Assembly (NCBI GenBank): GCA_965223795.1
Contig: CBDCXL010000002.1
Location: forward strand, 1,984,001 to 2,048,000
Source of the DNA: Nitrospinales bacterium
GTDB taxonomy: Bacteria; Nitrospinota; Nitrospinia; Nitrospinales; VA-1
Direction of reading: 5' to 3'
DNA length: 64,000 bases
Position numbers and translations under genes: made by a program. Position 1 is the first letter of the stretch, and each line of letters starts with the position of its first letter. Below, one piece after another: positions 21,477 through 31,354 of the stretch. Below the pieces are notes generated by a model. The model was given only the letters and a program-made list of their open reading frames with translations. It was not told where the DNA came from and ran no database searches.

Positions 21477-24473
21477 ATGAAAACCGCCTCCTGGAAGAAA
21501 AACTGGCTGTCGTTCGCTGTTTCGCTCGTTCTCTGGCTCGGGACCCCTGTCTCCGGTCCGGCCGCGCCGCTGCACGAAGCCGCGAAATCCGGCGATGTGA
21601 AACAGATCCAGAAACTGTTCGAGCAGGGCACGAGCATGAGCGTGGCGAACGATGCGGGCGACACGGCGCTGCACCTCGCCGCCGAAAACGGACAGCTGGA
21701 TGCGGTGAAGCTGCTGCTGGCAAAAGGAGCGAAGGTCGATCAGAAAAACGACAACGGCAACACGCCGCTGCACAAGGCGGTGTATTCGGGCAAGCGGCCG
21801 GTGCTGGAATTTTTGATCGCCAAAGGCGCCGATGTTTCCAAGACCAACGATGTGGGTTCGTACGCCCTGCACCTCGCCGCCTACGAAGGCGACGCCAAAC
21901 TCGCGAAATTTCTGATCGGCAAAGGCAACCCCGCCGACGCGCCCATCGATACGGGTGAGACGCCGCTTTACTACGCCGCGCATGCGGGGAACGCGGAGCT
22001 GGTCGCGCACCTTTTAAAGCTGGGCGCCGACGTTCAGGCTGTCAATGAAGACGGCGTCACGCCGCTGCACGAAGCGGCGCGTTCGGGTTCGGTGAAAGCG
22101 GTGGAGCTTCTGCTCAAAAAGGGCGCCGATCCGCGGGCGAAGGACGACGAAGGGGACGAGCCGATTCATTTCGCGGCGCTCAGGGGGCACGCAGCGGTGG
22201 TGAACACCCTGCTCGCGCACGGCGCCGCATTCATGGCCGCCGACCACAACGGCTGGACGGCCATCGAGGACGCGGCGTCCAACGGGCATCTCAACGTCGT
22301 GCGAACGCTCATGGCCTACGGCATCGACCCGGATCACCGCGACCCGACCGGAGCCAACCTGCTCTACTGGGCGGCGGGATCGGGCAATCTCAAGCTGGTG
22401 AAGTACCTGGAAGCGAAAGGCGCTGAGGCGAACGTCGCCAGCGAAAAGGGGATCACGCCCATGCACCGCGCCGCGGGCTCGGGCAACGTGGCCCTGATGA
22501 AGCATTTCAAACGCCGGGGGCTTGCCGTCGATGAAGCGTCCCGGCAGAGGCACGTGACGCCGCTGCACCGGGCGGCGCGTCTCGGCTCGCAATCGGCGGT
22601 GCATTATCTGGTGAGCCAGGGGGCCGACGTCAACGCCGAGACCCAGGATGGAAAAAGCGTGCTGCATCTGGCGGCGGAATACGGCGGCCTGAAACTGGTT
22701 CGCTATCTGGTGGAGAAAGGCGCGAAGGTCCGCAAGGAAAGCGCCAAGGGCAACACGGCGCTGCACGGCGCGGCGCGATCCGGCAGGGCCGAAACGGTGA
22801 AGTACCTGCTCGCCCAGGGCGCGAGCCTGCATGCGAAAAACAGCAACGGCGACACGCCGCTGCTTCTGGCCGCGTATTCCGGGGACCTGGCAACGGCGCG
22901 GTTTTTGATAGCACGGGGCGCGAAGGTCAACGGCAAAAATTCCGATGGCGTGACGCCGCTTCTGGAGGCCGTGTATTACGGTGAGAAGGATCTGGTCGCG
23001 TTTCTCCTGGATAAGGGGGCGCGGGCGCAGGACACAGACGTTAGGGGCCGGACGGCGCTTCACTACGCGGCCTACAAAGGGAAAAAGTCCATCGCCGAAC
23101 TGCTGCTGACAAAAGGCGTGCAGCTCAACGCACAGGATGATGAAGAAGAAACGGCGCTGCACCTGGCGGCCGATACCGGTAAAAAAACGGTGATCGAGTT
23201 TTTGTTCTCGAAGGGCATGAACGTGAACGCCCAGGATCAGGACGGCGACACGCCGCTGCACCACGCAGCGCGCAACGATTCCTTGTCGAGTGTGGAAAGC
23301 CTGGTCGCTCTCGGGGCGAAGACGGACGTGCTCAACGAGCAGAAGGAAGCGGCGATGCACGAGGTGGCGGCTTACGGCTCCAGGCACCTGGCGGCCTTTC
23401 TGCTCGCGAACCATAAGGGAACGTTTTCCAAATGCACCTGCGGCAAAACGCCGCTGCATCTGGCGGCGGCATCGGGCAACCAGCCGGTGCTGGATCTTCT
23501 GGTCGCGCACGGCGAAGACCTGGAAGAGGAGGACGATGAGGACCGCACGGCGCTGCTCATCGCCCTGGAAGGCGAACACAGGAAAATGGCGCAGTCTCTG
23601 GTGACTCAGGGAGCGAACATCGACGTCGCCGATGCCAACGGCACCACGCCGCTGCACTGGGCGGCAGGACTGGGCGATCAAACGCTGACGGACCTGTTCA
23701 TCGCCAAAGGACTCAAGATCGCAAAGAAAAACGATGTGGGGGACACGGCCCTGCACTTTGCGGCATCTTCCGGCAACGTGGAACTTGTGCAATCGCTGCT
23801 CGCCCGCGGCGCCGACCCGGATGAACGCGGCGAAGAAGGCACGACGCCGTTGCACGTTGCGGTGGACTTCGGTCATGAGGACGTGGTGGCGCTGCTTCTG
23901 GAGAAAGGCGCCGATCCGGGAGTGAAGTATTCGTGGAACCGTTCGGTGCTGCACACGGCGGCCCAGCGCGGCAATCTCGAGCTGATGCGTCTGTTTCTCA
24001 AAAAAGGCGTGCTGATCGAAGCGGGACGCATGGGGATCACGCCGCTGCACGTCGCGGCCATGAACGGGCACGAGGAGGTGGCCGAACTTCTGCTGGAGGA
24101 GGGCGCCGATGTGGAGGAAACCATTTTCTCCGGTTTGACGGCGCTGCATTTCGCAGTGATGGACAGCGACACCGATCTGACCCGGCTGCTGCTGGAAAAG
24201 GGCGCCAAGGTGGATTCGACGTTTCTCTTCGGCATGACGCCGCTGCACCTCGCGGTGCTGGGACAGAAGAAGGAAATTGTGGAACTGTTGATCGAAAAAG
24301 GCGCGGATGTGAACGGGAAGTTTTTCTTCATGGTCACGCCGCTGGAATTCGCCGCGAGCAGCGGGGACAAGGAAATGATCCAGCTGCTCAAAAGCCACGG
24401 CGCGGTGCCGCCGACCCAATCCGACAAGATGCTGCGCCATGTTTTGAGCGCGTTCGCGAGCATCCTGCTGTGA
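21477..24473 (+). CDS. Exported ankyrin-repeat protein (about 28 repeats)
   Basis: Signal peptide, then continuous 33-aa GxTPLHxAAxxGxxxxVxxLLxxGAD repeats. Confidence 0.95.
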   Translation: MKTASWKKNWLSFAVSLVLWLGTPVSGPAAPLHEAAKSGDVKQIQKLFEQGTSMSVANDAGDTALHLAAENGQLDAVKLLLAKGAKVDQKNDNGNTPLHKAVYSGKRPVLEFLIAKGADVSKTNDVGSYALHLAAYEGDAKLAKFLIGKGNPADAPIDTGETPLYYAAHAGNAELVAHLLKLGADVQAVNEDGVTPLHEAARSGSVKAVELLLKKGADPRAKDDEGDEPIHFAALRGHAAVVNTLLAHGAAFMAADHNGWTAIEDAASNGHLNVVRTLMAYGIDPDHRDPTGANLLYWAAGSGNLKLVKYLEAKGAEANVASEKGITPMHRAAGSGNVALMKHFKRRGLAVDEASRQRHVTPLHRAARLGSQSAVHYLVSQGADVNAETQDGKSVLHLAAEYGGLKLVRYLVEKGAKVRKESAKGNTALHGAARSGRAETVKYLLAQGASLHAKNSNGDTPLLLAAYSGDLATARFLIARGAKVNGKNSDGVTPLLEAVYYGEKDLVAFLLDKGARAQDTDVRGRTALHYAAYKGKKSIAELLLTKGVQLNAQDDEEETALHLAADTGKKTVIEFLFSKGMNVNAQDQDGDTPLHHAARNDSLSSVESLVALGAKTDVLNEQKEAAMHEVAAYGSRHLAAFLLANHKGTFSKCTCGKTPLHLAAASGNQPVLDLLVAHGEDLEEEDDEDRTALLIALEGEHRKMAQSLVTQGANIDVADANGTTPLHWAAGLGDQTLTDLFIAKGLKIAKKNDVGDTALHFAASSGNVELVQSLLARGADPDERGEEGTTPLHVAVDFGHEDVVALLLEKGADPGVKYSWNRSVLHTAAQRGNLELMRLFLKKGVLIEAGRMGITPLHVAAMNGHEEVAELLLEEGADVEETIFSGLTALHFAVMDSDTDLTRLLLEKGAKVDSTFLFGMTPLHLAVLGQKKEIVELLIEKGADVNGKFFFMVTPLEFAASSGDKEMIQLLKSHGAVPPTQSDKMLRHVLSAFASILL

Positions 24474-24482
24474 CGCGACGGT

Positions 24483-24508
24483 TCCCGCGAAATGCTGGCT
24501 TCGCGGGA
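24483..24508 (+). terminator. Hairpin directly after the ankyrin gene
   Basis: TCCCGCGAA/TTCGCGGGA 9-bp stem. No clear U-tract. Confidence 0.4.
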
Positions 24509-24590
24509 CCGGAGCCCGAAGCACTGAGTCTCCCTTCGCAGTTGCTTCCAGCACCCAAAACAGAACCCCACAGGACCGGTCCCCGGTCAT

Positions 24591-24620
24591 TTGACGCTGC
24601 CGGAAAGGCTGTGCTACAAT
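24591..24620 (+). promoter_or_regulatory. Putative sigma70 promoter for dapF-dapA
   Basis: TTGACG-18 nt-TACAAT with extended -10 TG. Confidence 0.6.
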
Positions 24621-24767
24621 CCCTTCCGCCTAATCTATCAAGTCCATAGCGCCCGCCGGGGCCTTCAGGGGCCTGCTTTCGGCCTCTCTTTGATCCTTCC
24701 GAAGGGATTCGGAGAATCAAATCCGGCCTGTTCGCATCTAAAAGACAACACATCCGTGGAGAATGAA

Positions 24768-25580
24768 GTGGGAATCACTTTTGCAAAAATGAGCGGCACC
24801 GGCAACGATTTTGTCCTCATCGACAACCGCACGCCTGTGCTCGCCGATTCCGAGAAACCCGAATTCGTGAAAAAGGTGTGCGCCCCGAAAACCTCCGTGG
24901 GTGCGGACGGGGTGATCTTCCTGGAAAATTCCGACCGGGCGGACATCAAGTGGGATTTTTTCAATGCCGACGGTTCCAAAGCCGAGATGTGCGGCAACGG
25001 CGCGCGCTGCGTGGCGCGCTACGCCCATGAGAAAAACATCGCGCCGAAAAACCTGACCCTGGAAACGCTGGCGGGCATCATCACCGCCGAGGTGAACGGA
25101 ACCGAAGTGCGCATCCGGCTCACGCCGCCCGAAAATCTGCTGCAAAATATCGCCGTCGAGCTTGAGAGCGGGAAAGTCGTGCTCGACAGCATCAACACCG
25201 GCGTGCCGCATGCGATCCTGTATTGCGACAACCTGGAGAACGAGGACGTGCGCGCCCTGGGCCGGGACATCCGCCACCATTCGCAGTTCGCACCCGCCGG
25301 CACGAACGTGGACTTCGTGCAGAAAGTGGACGGCCATTCGCTGAAGATCCGCACCTACGAGCGCGGCGTGGAAGACGAAACCCTGGCCTGCGGCACGGGT
25401 GTGGTGGCCTCGGCGCTGCTCGCGACGCTGAAAAATCAGGTGCAGCCGCCGGTCACCGTCGAGACGCGCGGCGGCGACATCCTGAAAGTCGATTTCGATC
25501 CTTCCAACGGTTCGGTTCACGAGGTGTACCTCACCGGATCGACGCGCCTCGCGTTCGAGGGAACCCTGGTAGAAATCTGA
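24768..25580 (+). CDS. dapF: Diaminopimelate epimerase
   Basis: KMSGTGNDF, EMCGNGARC, NTGVPH, ERGVEDETLACGTG. Start re-called at GTG 24768 behind GGAGA. Confidence 0.95.
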   Translation: MGITFAKMSGTGNDFVLIDNRTPVLADSEKPEFVKKVCAPKTSVGADGVIFLENSDRADIKWDFFNADGSKAEMCGNGARCVARYAHEKNIAPKNLTLETLAGIITAEVNGTEVRIRLTPPENLLQNIAVELESGKVVLDSINTGVPHAILYCDNLENEDVRALGRDIRHHSQFAPAGTNVDFVQKVDGHSLKIRTYERGVEDETLACGTGVVASALLATLKNQVQPPVTVETRGGDILKVDFDPSNGSVHEVYLTGSTRLAFEGTLVEI

Positions 25581-25613
25581 TCTGTTCCTTTTTTTACTTC
25601 CGGAGACACACCG

Positions 25614-26492
25614 ATGTTTGAAGGTTCCCTGGTTGCCATCGTCACGCCCTTTAAGAATGGAAAGGTGGATGAAACCGCGTTTCGCGAGCTCATCGACTTT
25701 CAGATCGCCGGCGGCACGCAAAGCATCGTGCCCTGCGGCACCACCGGGGAATCGGCGACGCTGAGCCACGAGGAGCACGACGCGGTGATCCGCATCACGG
25801 TGGAGGCGTGCCGCGGCAGGAACGTGAAGGTGCTCGCCGGCACCGGGTCGAACTCCACCTGGGAGGCGATCGAGATGACCCGGCTCGCCGAGAAAGCGGG
25901 CGCGGACGGCTCCCTGCAGGTGACGCCGTACTACAACAAGCCGAGCCAGGAGGGCCTGTACCGGCATTACGAGACGATCGCCAAGGAGACGGACCTGCCG
26001 ATCATCCTTTACAACGTGCCGAGCCGCACGTCGGTCAATCTGCTGCCGCCTACGGTTGCACGGCTGGCAAATATAAAGAACATCGTCGGCATCAAGGAGG
26101 CGTCGGGCTCGCTGACGCAGATCAGCGAAGTGGTCGCCCTGTGCGGCGAAGATTTCACCGTGCTGTCCGGGGACGACGCGCTCACCTGGCCGATCCTCGC
26201 GGTCGGCGGCAAGGGAGTGATCTCCGTGGTCGCCAACATCCTGCCGGACAGGGTGGCGGCGTTGTGCGCTGCGGCGCGCGCGGGCGACCTTGAGCAGGCA
26301 CAGGCGCTGCACTATGAAATGCGGGAACTGGTCGATGCGCTGTTCATCGAGACCAACCCGGTACCCGTCAAGACCGCGCTGGGATTCATGGGAAAAATCG
26401 ATCCGGAACTCCGTTCTCCGCTGTCACCGCTGTCCGAAGCGAATGCGGAGACGCTGCGGTCGGTGCTGTCCACCTGTTCTCTGGTGGCTTGA
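25614..26492 (+). CDS. dapA: 4-hydroxy-tetrahydrodipicolinate synthase
   Basis: GTTGES, TPYYNKP, YNVPSRT, GIKEASG, ETNPVPVK. Confidence 0.97.
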   Translation: MFEGSLVAIVTPFKNGKVDETAFRELIDFQIAGGTQSIVPCGTTGESATLSHEEHDAVIRITVEACRGRNVKVLAGTGSNSTWEAIEMTRLAEKAGADGSLQVTPYYNKPSQEGLYRHYETIAKETDLPIILYNVPSRTSVNLLPPTVARLANIKNIVGIKEASGSLTQISEVVALCGEDFTVLSGDDALTWPILAVGGKGVISVVANILPDRVAALCAAARAGDLEQAQALHYEMRELVDALFIETNPVPVKTALGFMGKIDPELRSPLSPLSEANAETLRSVLSTCSLVA

Positions 26493-26612
26493 TTTATTGC
26501 GCCTTTTCGGGCGGTCACGACGCTGCATTGCAAACCGGGTTCGCGGGCGGGGCGGTTGCGCTTGCATTTTGAGTTTCACTTATTGTCAAATGGTCATGAC
26601 TGAGGAGGTCCT

Positions 26613-27413
26613 TTGATTCGCATACTGGTGATCGGTGCGGCGGGCAGGATGGGACGCACGCTCGTTGCCTGCATCGACGACACGGAAGGGGTCGAGGTCG
26701 CGGGTGGAACGGAAAATCCCGGCCATCCCTCGGTCGGCAGCGACCTGGGCGAGCTTGCGGGCATCGGCAAGAACGGCATCGCGCTGATCGATCAGCTGGA
26801 CCGGGCGGTGGAAAACTGCGATGTGATCATCGATTTCACCACGCCGGAATGCAGCCTGCAGACGCTGAACGTCGCGGCGAACCAGGGACGGCCGGTGGTG
26901 CTGGGCACCACGGGATTTTCCAAGGCGCAGAAAAGCGAGATCGCCCGTTTCGCCGGCAAAACCCATTGTGTGATGGCGCCCAATATGAGCATCGGGGTCA
27001 ACCTGTTGTTCAAGCTGGTGCGCGACGCGGCCCGGGCGCTGGGCGACGACTACGATGTGGAGATCGTCGAGGCGCACCACAAATTCAAAAAGGACGCGCC
27101 CAGCGGCACGGCGGTGCGGGTTTCCGAGATCGTCGCCGAGGCGCTGAACCGGGACCTCGACGAAGTCGGCGTGTACGGCCGCAAAGGCACTCACGTGCGG
27201 GACCCGAAAGAGATCGGCGTGCACACGTTGCGGGCCGGGGACATCGTCGGCGAGCATCGGGTGCTGTTCGGCGGGATGGGGGAGAACCTGGAAATCTTTC
27301 ACCGCGCGCAAAGCCGTGAGACGTTCGCGCGGGGCGCGGTGCGGGCCGCGCAATGGGTGGTCGATCAGCCCGTCGGCCTGTACGACATGCAGGATGTGCT
27401 GGGATTGAAATGA
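26613..27413 (+). CDS. dapB: 4-hydroxy-tetrahydrodipicolinate reductase
   Basis: GAAGRMG, IDFT, GTTG, EAHHKFKKDAPSGTA. Confidence 0.97.
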   Translation: MIRILVIGAAGRMGRTLVACIDDTEGVEVAGGTENPGHPSVGSDLGELAGIGKNGIALIDQLDRAVENCDVIIDFTTPECSLQTLNVAANQGRPVVLGTTGFSKAQKSEIARFAGKTHCVMAPNMSIGVNLLFKLVRDAARALGDDYDVEIVEAHHKFKKDAPSGTAVRVSEIVAEALNRDLDEVGVYGRKGTHVRDPKEIGVHTLRAGDIVGEHRVLFGGMGENLEIFHRAQSRETFARGAVRAAQWVVDQPVGLYDMQDVLGLK

Positions 27414-27457
27414 GGGGTTCGCCCCCGGATTGGCGGCGCGCATCCCGGGAGGGCATC

Positions 27458-28213
27458 GTGAAACGATCCTTTTTCAAAACACCGTTCGACAGACGGTCGC
27501 TTCTTAAAATCTTTTCCTTTTCCGCGCTGGCGGCGTTTTTGCCCAAAAACGCGTCCGGCATCGGCGACTACCGCAACGACAAGAACATCCCCAAAAAATA
27601 CATTCAAAACCGCGACGTGCCGGGTTTTCACATCCGCAGCGCCAATCCCTTTCTCGGCGTGGACATCAATTCCTGGGCGCTGGTGATCGGCGGCAAGGTC
27701 AAGCAGACCGTGGCCTTCAGTTATGAGGACCTGTTCGGATTCAAGACGGTGTCGCAGGTGTCGCGCCTCAAATGCGTGGAATGTTGGAGCGCCAAGGCCA
27801 CCTGGGAGGGGTTCCGCTTCGAGGAACTGCTGAGCCGCGTGCAGCCCGACCCTAAGGCCAAGTACGTGTATTTCGAATCGGCGGATTCCTACTACGAAAG
27901 CTTCTCGATCGAGGAACTCAAGCAGCCGCGGGTGCTGTTCGTCCTGCGCATGAACGGCAATCCGCTGTCGCGCGACCACGGTTTTCCGCTGCGCCTGATC
28001 GCGCCGTTCAAGTACGGCTACAAGAACGTGAAGTACATCACCCGCATGGAATTCACCGACACGCGCAAGCGCAACTACTGGGCCAACAACGGGCCCTATT
28101 CGGTGGACGGCACCATTCAGCCGGGCATCGACCACCCTCTGGATTTCAAAAAGAAACCCCTGCCCATCAACGGCGGCGAGGTGTTTCATCCCTTCGACAA
28201 ACGCCCCTCATGA
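27458..28213 (+). CDS. Tat-exported molybdopterin oxidoreductase, MsrP/YedY-like (sulfite oxidase family)
   Basis: Start re-called at GTG 27458 behind GGGAGG. Twin-arginine DRRSLLK; RLKCVECWS (Moco Cys); HGFPLRLIAPFKYGYKNVK. Confidence 0.88.
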   Translation: MKRSFFKTPFDRRSLLKIFSFSALAAFLPKNASGIGDYRNDKNIPKKYIQNRDVPGFHIRSANPFLGVDINSWALVIGGKVKQTVAFSYEDLFGFKTVSQVSRLKCVECWSAKATWEGFRFEELLSRVQPDPKAKYVYFESADSYYESFSIEELKQPRVLFVLRMNGNPLSRDHGFPLRLIAPFKYGYKNVKYITRMEFTDTRKRNYWANNGPYSVDGTIQPGIDHPLDFKKKPLPINGGEVFHPFDKRPS

Positions 28214-28926
28214 ACTGGCGGAGCGTTCTCTGCCTTTTATTTTTCCTGTCTGCCTGCGGTCCCCCGGAAGTGGAACAGATCGAGGTCGTGGTTCCCGAAG
28301 GCGTGACGGTTCCCGATGGCATGGTCTACATTCCGGAAGGCGCGTTCACGATGGGGCACGCCGACGATCCCCAGACGGAAGGCGGCAACAAGGTGGTCAC
28401 GGATGCGTTTTTTATCGACCGCTTCGAAGTCAGCCGCGGGGACTTTAAAAAGTTCAAACCCGATGCCCCGGTTTCCGAAAAGAAAGCTCAATTTCCCGTC
28501 GCGCACGTGACCTTCGCGGAGGCTCAAGCCTACTGCCGCTCGCTGAACAAGCGGCTGCCGAAAGAAGTGGAATGGGAGAAGGCGGCGCGCGGAGTGGACG
28601 GGCGCAAATGGCCCTGGAGCCAGTATTACGATCATCCCAACAACGGGTTTTCCGGGTTTCTGCCGGAAACGGTGGACAAGCGGAAAGAATGGATCAGCCC
28701 TTACGGGGTTTACGGCATGGGGCACAACGTGTGGGAGTGGGTGGTGGACGATTACGCCTATCCGGGCCAGCCTGAGAACGATCGGAAACGCTTCAAGGTG
28801 ATCCGCGGCGGGCTGATCCAGACGCATCTTAAAATCGAATTCAGCCCCACCTACTTTCGCAACTGGATGGAACCGACCGCGGCGCACAATTTTCTCGGTT
28901 TCCGCTGCGCCCGCGATGCGCCATGA
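28210..28926 (+). CDS. FGE-sulfatase (SUMF1/PvdO-like) domain lipoprotein
   Basis: Lipobox LSAC; FFIDRFEV, RLPKEVEWEKAARG, NVWEWV, GFRCAR. ATGA overlap with the upstream gene. Confidence 0.9.
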   Translation: MNWRSVLCLLFFLSACGPPEVEQIEVVVPEGVTVPDGMVYIPEGAFTMGHADDPQTEGGNKVVTDAFFIDRFEVSRGDFKKFKPDAPVSEKKAQFPVAHVTFAEAQAYCRSLNKRLPKEVEWEKAARGVDGRKWPWSQYYDHPNNGFSGFLPETVDKRKEWISPYGVYGMGHNVWEWVVDDYAYPGQPENDRKRFKVIRGGLIQTHLKIEFSPTYFRNWMEPTAAHNFLGFRCARDAP

Positions 28927-28959
28927 ACACGCGGCCTATCACCGCAGAAGGAAAGCGAA

Positions 28960-29439
28960 TCAGTAATCGCCTTTCAAGTGATCGGCGATTTTCTCCGCCG
29001 CCTGATTGAACAGCATCTCGCTCGAACCGCCGGTGATCCCGCCGTTCAGCCAGGCCGTCACCACCCAGCCGCCCACCATTTTCTCTTCGTTGAACAGCGC
29101 GGCTTTCACTTTCAGCCGGCCTTTCGCGGAATTTGCGGCGCCGAACGTCGCCATGCGCGCGAGACGGCTGCCTTCCTTGAATTCCAGCACTTTGTATTTC
29201 AGAGAAAACTTGGCCTGCGTGCCGGTCAGCAGAAACCCCGTGTTGTCCAGCGAGTGTTCCAGGGAGTCCTGCAGGTGGGCGCTGGCTGTCTGGAGTTTGT
29301 TGTCCTGCGACGTCAGGTCGACGAGGAGCAGCGTGTTGACTTCATTTTTCCAGCCTTTTTTAACTTCGGAATCCACTCCCGCGCAGGCGGTCAGCGTGAT
29401 TGCCAGGATGAGAAAAATCCATGTGCCGCTTTTTTTCAT
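28960..29439 (-). CDS. Lipoprotein, DUF4410-like
   Basis: Start re-called at MKKSGTW; lipobox LTAC; EGSRLARMATFGA resembles the DUF4410 motif. Confidence 0.65.
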   Translation of the reverse strand: MKKSGTWIFLILAITLTACAGVDSEVKKGWKNEVNTLLLVDLTSQDNKLQTASAHLQDSLEHSLDNTGFLLTGTQAKFSLKYKVLEFKEGSRLARMATFGAANSAKGRLKVKAALFNEEKMVGGWVVTAWLNGGITGGSSEMLFNQAAEKIADHLKGDY

Positions 29440-29558
29440 GACCTTGATCCACCGTTTGATTGTCTGATTGACTGTATGCGCGATTCTAGCAAACAACACG
29501 CATTGAAATCAACAGGTTGGACCAAAAAGGCACAAAGGGGGGAGTTCGGTGATCCGAT

Positions 29559-31334
29559 TCACATGAACCAGTGCAGGACTTTTTCCTCAAAGTCGCTGAA
29601 CCAGATCTGCAACTCGATGGGGATGAGGCTGTTGAGATACGTGAGATAACCCATTGCCAGTGCGATGCCGAGAGTGATGAGGAGAAAACCGCTGAACAGG
29701 TTGGTGGTGTGCAGCAACACGGTGCGGCCGGCCACGGTCACTTCCCAGCCCTTGCCGCGCAGCATGCGCCAGAACAGCCCGTCCTTCGGCAGGTGCCCGC
29801 AGAAGGTGGAGATGACGATCAGCGGCAGGCCCAGACCGACGGCGTAGAAAAACAACAGCGCCATGCCCTCGAATACGGTTTTTTCCGACGCGGCGAGGAT
29901 GAGGATGCCGGAAAGGATCGGGCCGACGCAGGGCGTCCAGCCCAGGGCGAAGGTGGCGCCGAACAGGAAAAAGCCGAAAAACGTGGAGCCGGGCCGCCCC
30001 TTGAAACTGGCGCCGGAAAATCCCTTGCCGAACAGGGTCATGACGCCGAACAACGCGACGAGGACACCGCCGATGGTGGTGAGGGAGAAGATGTAGTCGC
30101 GCAGGATTTGCCCGATCAGGCTTGCGGACGCGCCCATGGCCACGAACAGGGTGGCGAGCCCGACGAAAAACGCCAGCGACATGAGACCGATGCGGGTGCG
30201 GTCGGTCTGCGCGGTGATGGCGAAGTACGCGGGCAGGATGGGCAGCGTGCAGGGCGACAGAAAGCTGAACACGCCGGCGATGAAGGATAAAAAGATGAGG
30301 GCCAGAATGCCGGACTTGGGCAGCGTGGACTGCGCTTCGAAGGGATTGACCGTTTCGGTTTTTTCGGCCTTCGGTTCCGACTCCACGGTATCACTGCCGC
30401 TGGACGCCGTGTCGAAAGGGCTGGACGCGGATTTTGCGGCGAGCGTCTGGCTGAGCGAGGCCTGCTTCATGGCGGCGGGTTTTTCCGCGCTCACGCAGCG
30501 AAACCCCACGTCGGGAGCCGGTTCGTCCGGATTGGCGAACTGCCGGTAGCCGCTGCGGGCGAACTGCTTGAGCGCCTTGAGGTAGAGCGGGCCGGGAAAA
30601 TGACCGATGTCGCGGGCGGAATGGCCGCGCAGGACTTTGTAGCCGGAGTCGAAGTATTCGCTCTGGTAGCTGGAACCCTTGAAGGGGGCGTAGTCCGCAT
30701 CCACCCATTCCCAGGCGTTGCCGACGAGATCGTGCACGCCTTCGGGGCTCGCTCCCTTGGGGTGTATGCCGACGGGGCCGGGACCGTTCTTGCTGCCGGC
30801 GGATTGCGGCAGGTTGGCGAACGCGGGGTCGAAGGCGTCGCCCCAGGGATACTGGTTTCCTTTGCTGCCGCGTGCGGCGCGTTCCCATTGCTTTTCTGTG
30901 GGAAGGGATTTTCCCGCCCACTGGCAGAAATTGGCGGCGTCGAACCAGTTCACCCAGACCACCGGGTGATCGCCCTGTCCCTCGGGATAGGCGTCGTTTT
31001 TCCAGTTGGGCGGCGGCACCGCGCCGACGTCGTCGACGTAGATTTTGTAGCGTTTCTGGGTGACTTCGTGCCGGTCGATGTAAAAACTTTTCAGAAAGAC
31101 CTTCTGCTCGGGGTTCTCGTCGGCGTACCAGGGTTTGGGAATGCCGAGGGACAAGGCTTCCGCGGCTTCGTCTTTGAGGTCGGTGCCGAAGATGAAGTGC
31201 CCCGCCTGGATCTGCACCATGTCGCCTTCGAGCGGGTTGTCCCGGGCTTCATCGGCCGCCGCTGCGGATGCGGCGGTGAGCCAGACCAGGGCGGCGACGA
31301 GCACGGCCGCTATGTGAATTCGAATTGGTTTCAT
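29559..31334 (-). CDS. Fusion: signal peptide + FGE-sulfatase domain + CcdA/DsbD-type transmembrane domain
   Basis: FYIDRHEVT, LPTEKQWERAARG, GNAWEW, GFRCV; Ser/Ala-rich linker; then SFLSPCTLPILPAY and GWTPCVGPIL in a multi-TM domain. Confidence 0.9.
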   Translation of the reverse strand: MKPIRIHIAAVLVAALVWLTAASAAAADEARDNPLEGDMVQIQAGHFIFGTDLKDEAAEALSLGIPKPWYADENPEQKVFLKSFYIDRHEVTQKRYKIYVDDVGAVPPPNWKNDAYPEGQGDHPVVWVNWFDAANFCQWAGKSLPTEKQWERAARGSKGNQYPWGDAFDPAFANLPQSAGSKNGPGPVGIHPKGASPEGVHDLVGNAWEWVDADYAPFKGSSYQSEYFDSGYKVLRGHSARDIGHFPGPLYLKALKQFARSGYRQFANPDEPAPDVGFRCVSAEKPAAMKQASLSQTLAAKSASSPFDTASSGSDTVESEPKAEKTETVNPFEAQSTLPKSGILALIFLSFIAGVFSFLSPCTLPILPAYFAITAQTDRTRIGLMSLAFFVGLATLFVAMGASASLIGQILRDYIFSLTTIGGVLVALFGVMTLFGKGFSGASFKGRPGSTFFGFFLFGATFALGWTPCVGPILSGILILAASEKTVFEGMALLFFYAVGLGLPLIVISTFCGHLPKDGLFWRMLRGKGWEVTVAGRTVLLHTTNLFSGFLLITLGIALAMGYLTYLNSLIPIELQIWFSDFEEKVLHWFM

Positions 31335-31354
31335 GATGGATTGCGGCTGGCGCT

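Noticed and set aside
14817..24473. DNA-level periodic repeats suggesting CRISPR or tandem arrays
   Set aside because: Explained by NHL and ankyrin protein repeats. No identical repeat-spacer structure and no cas genes.
14733..24590. Very long antisense ORFs (14733-17186, 17383-19557, 22014-24590)
   Set aside because: They mirror real genes, which is expected from GC3 bias, and carry no motifs.
24621..24767. Lysine riboswitch in the dapF leader
   Set aside because: Only short hairpins are present and no lysine-riboswitch conserved motifs were recognised.
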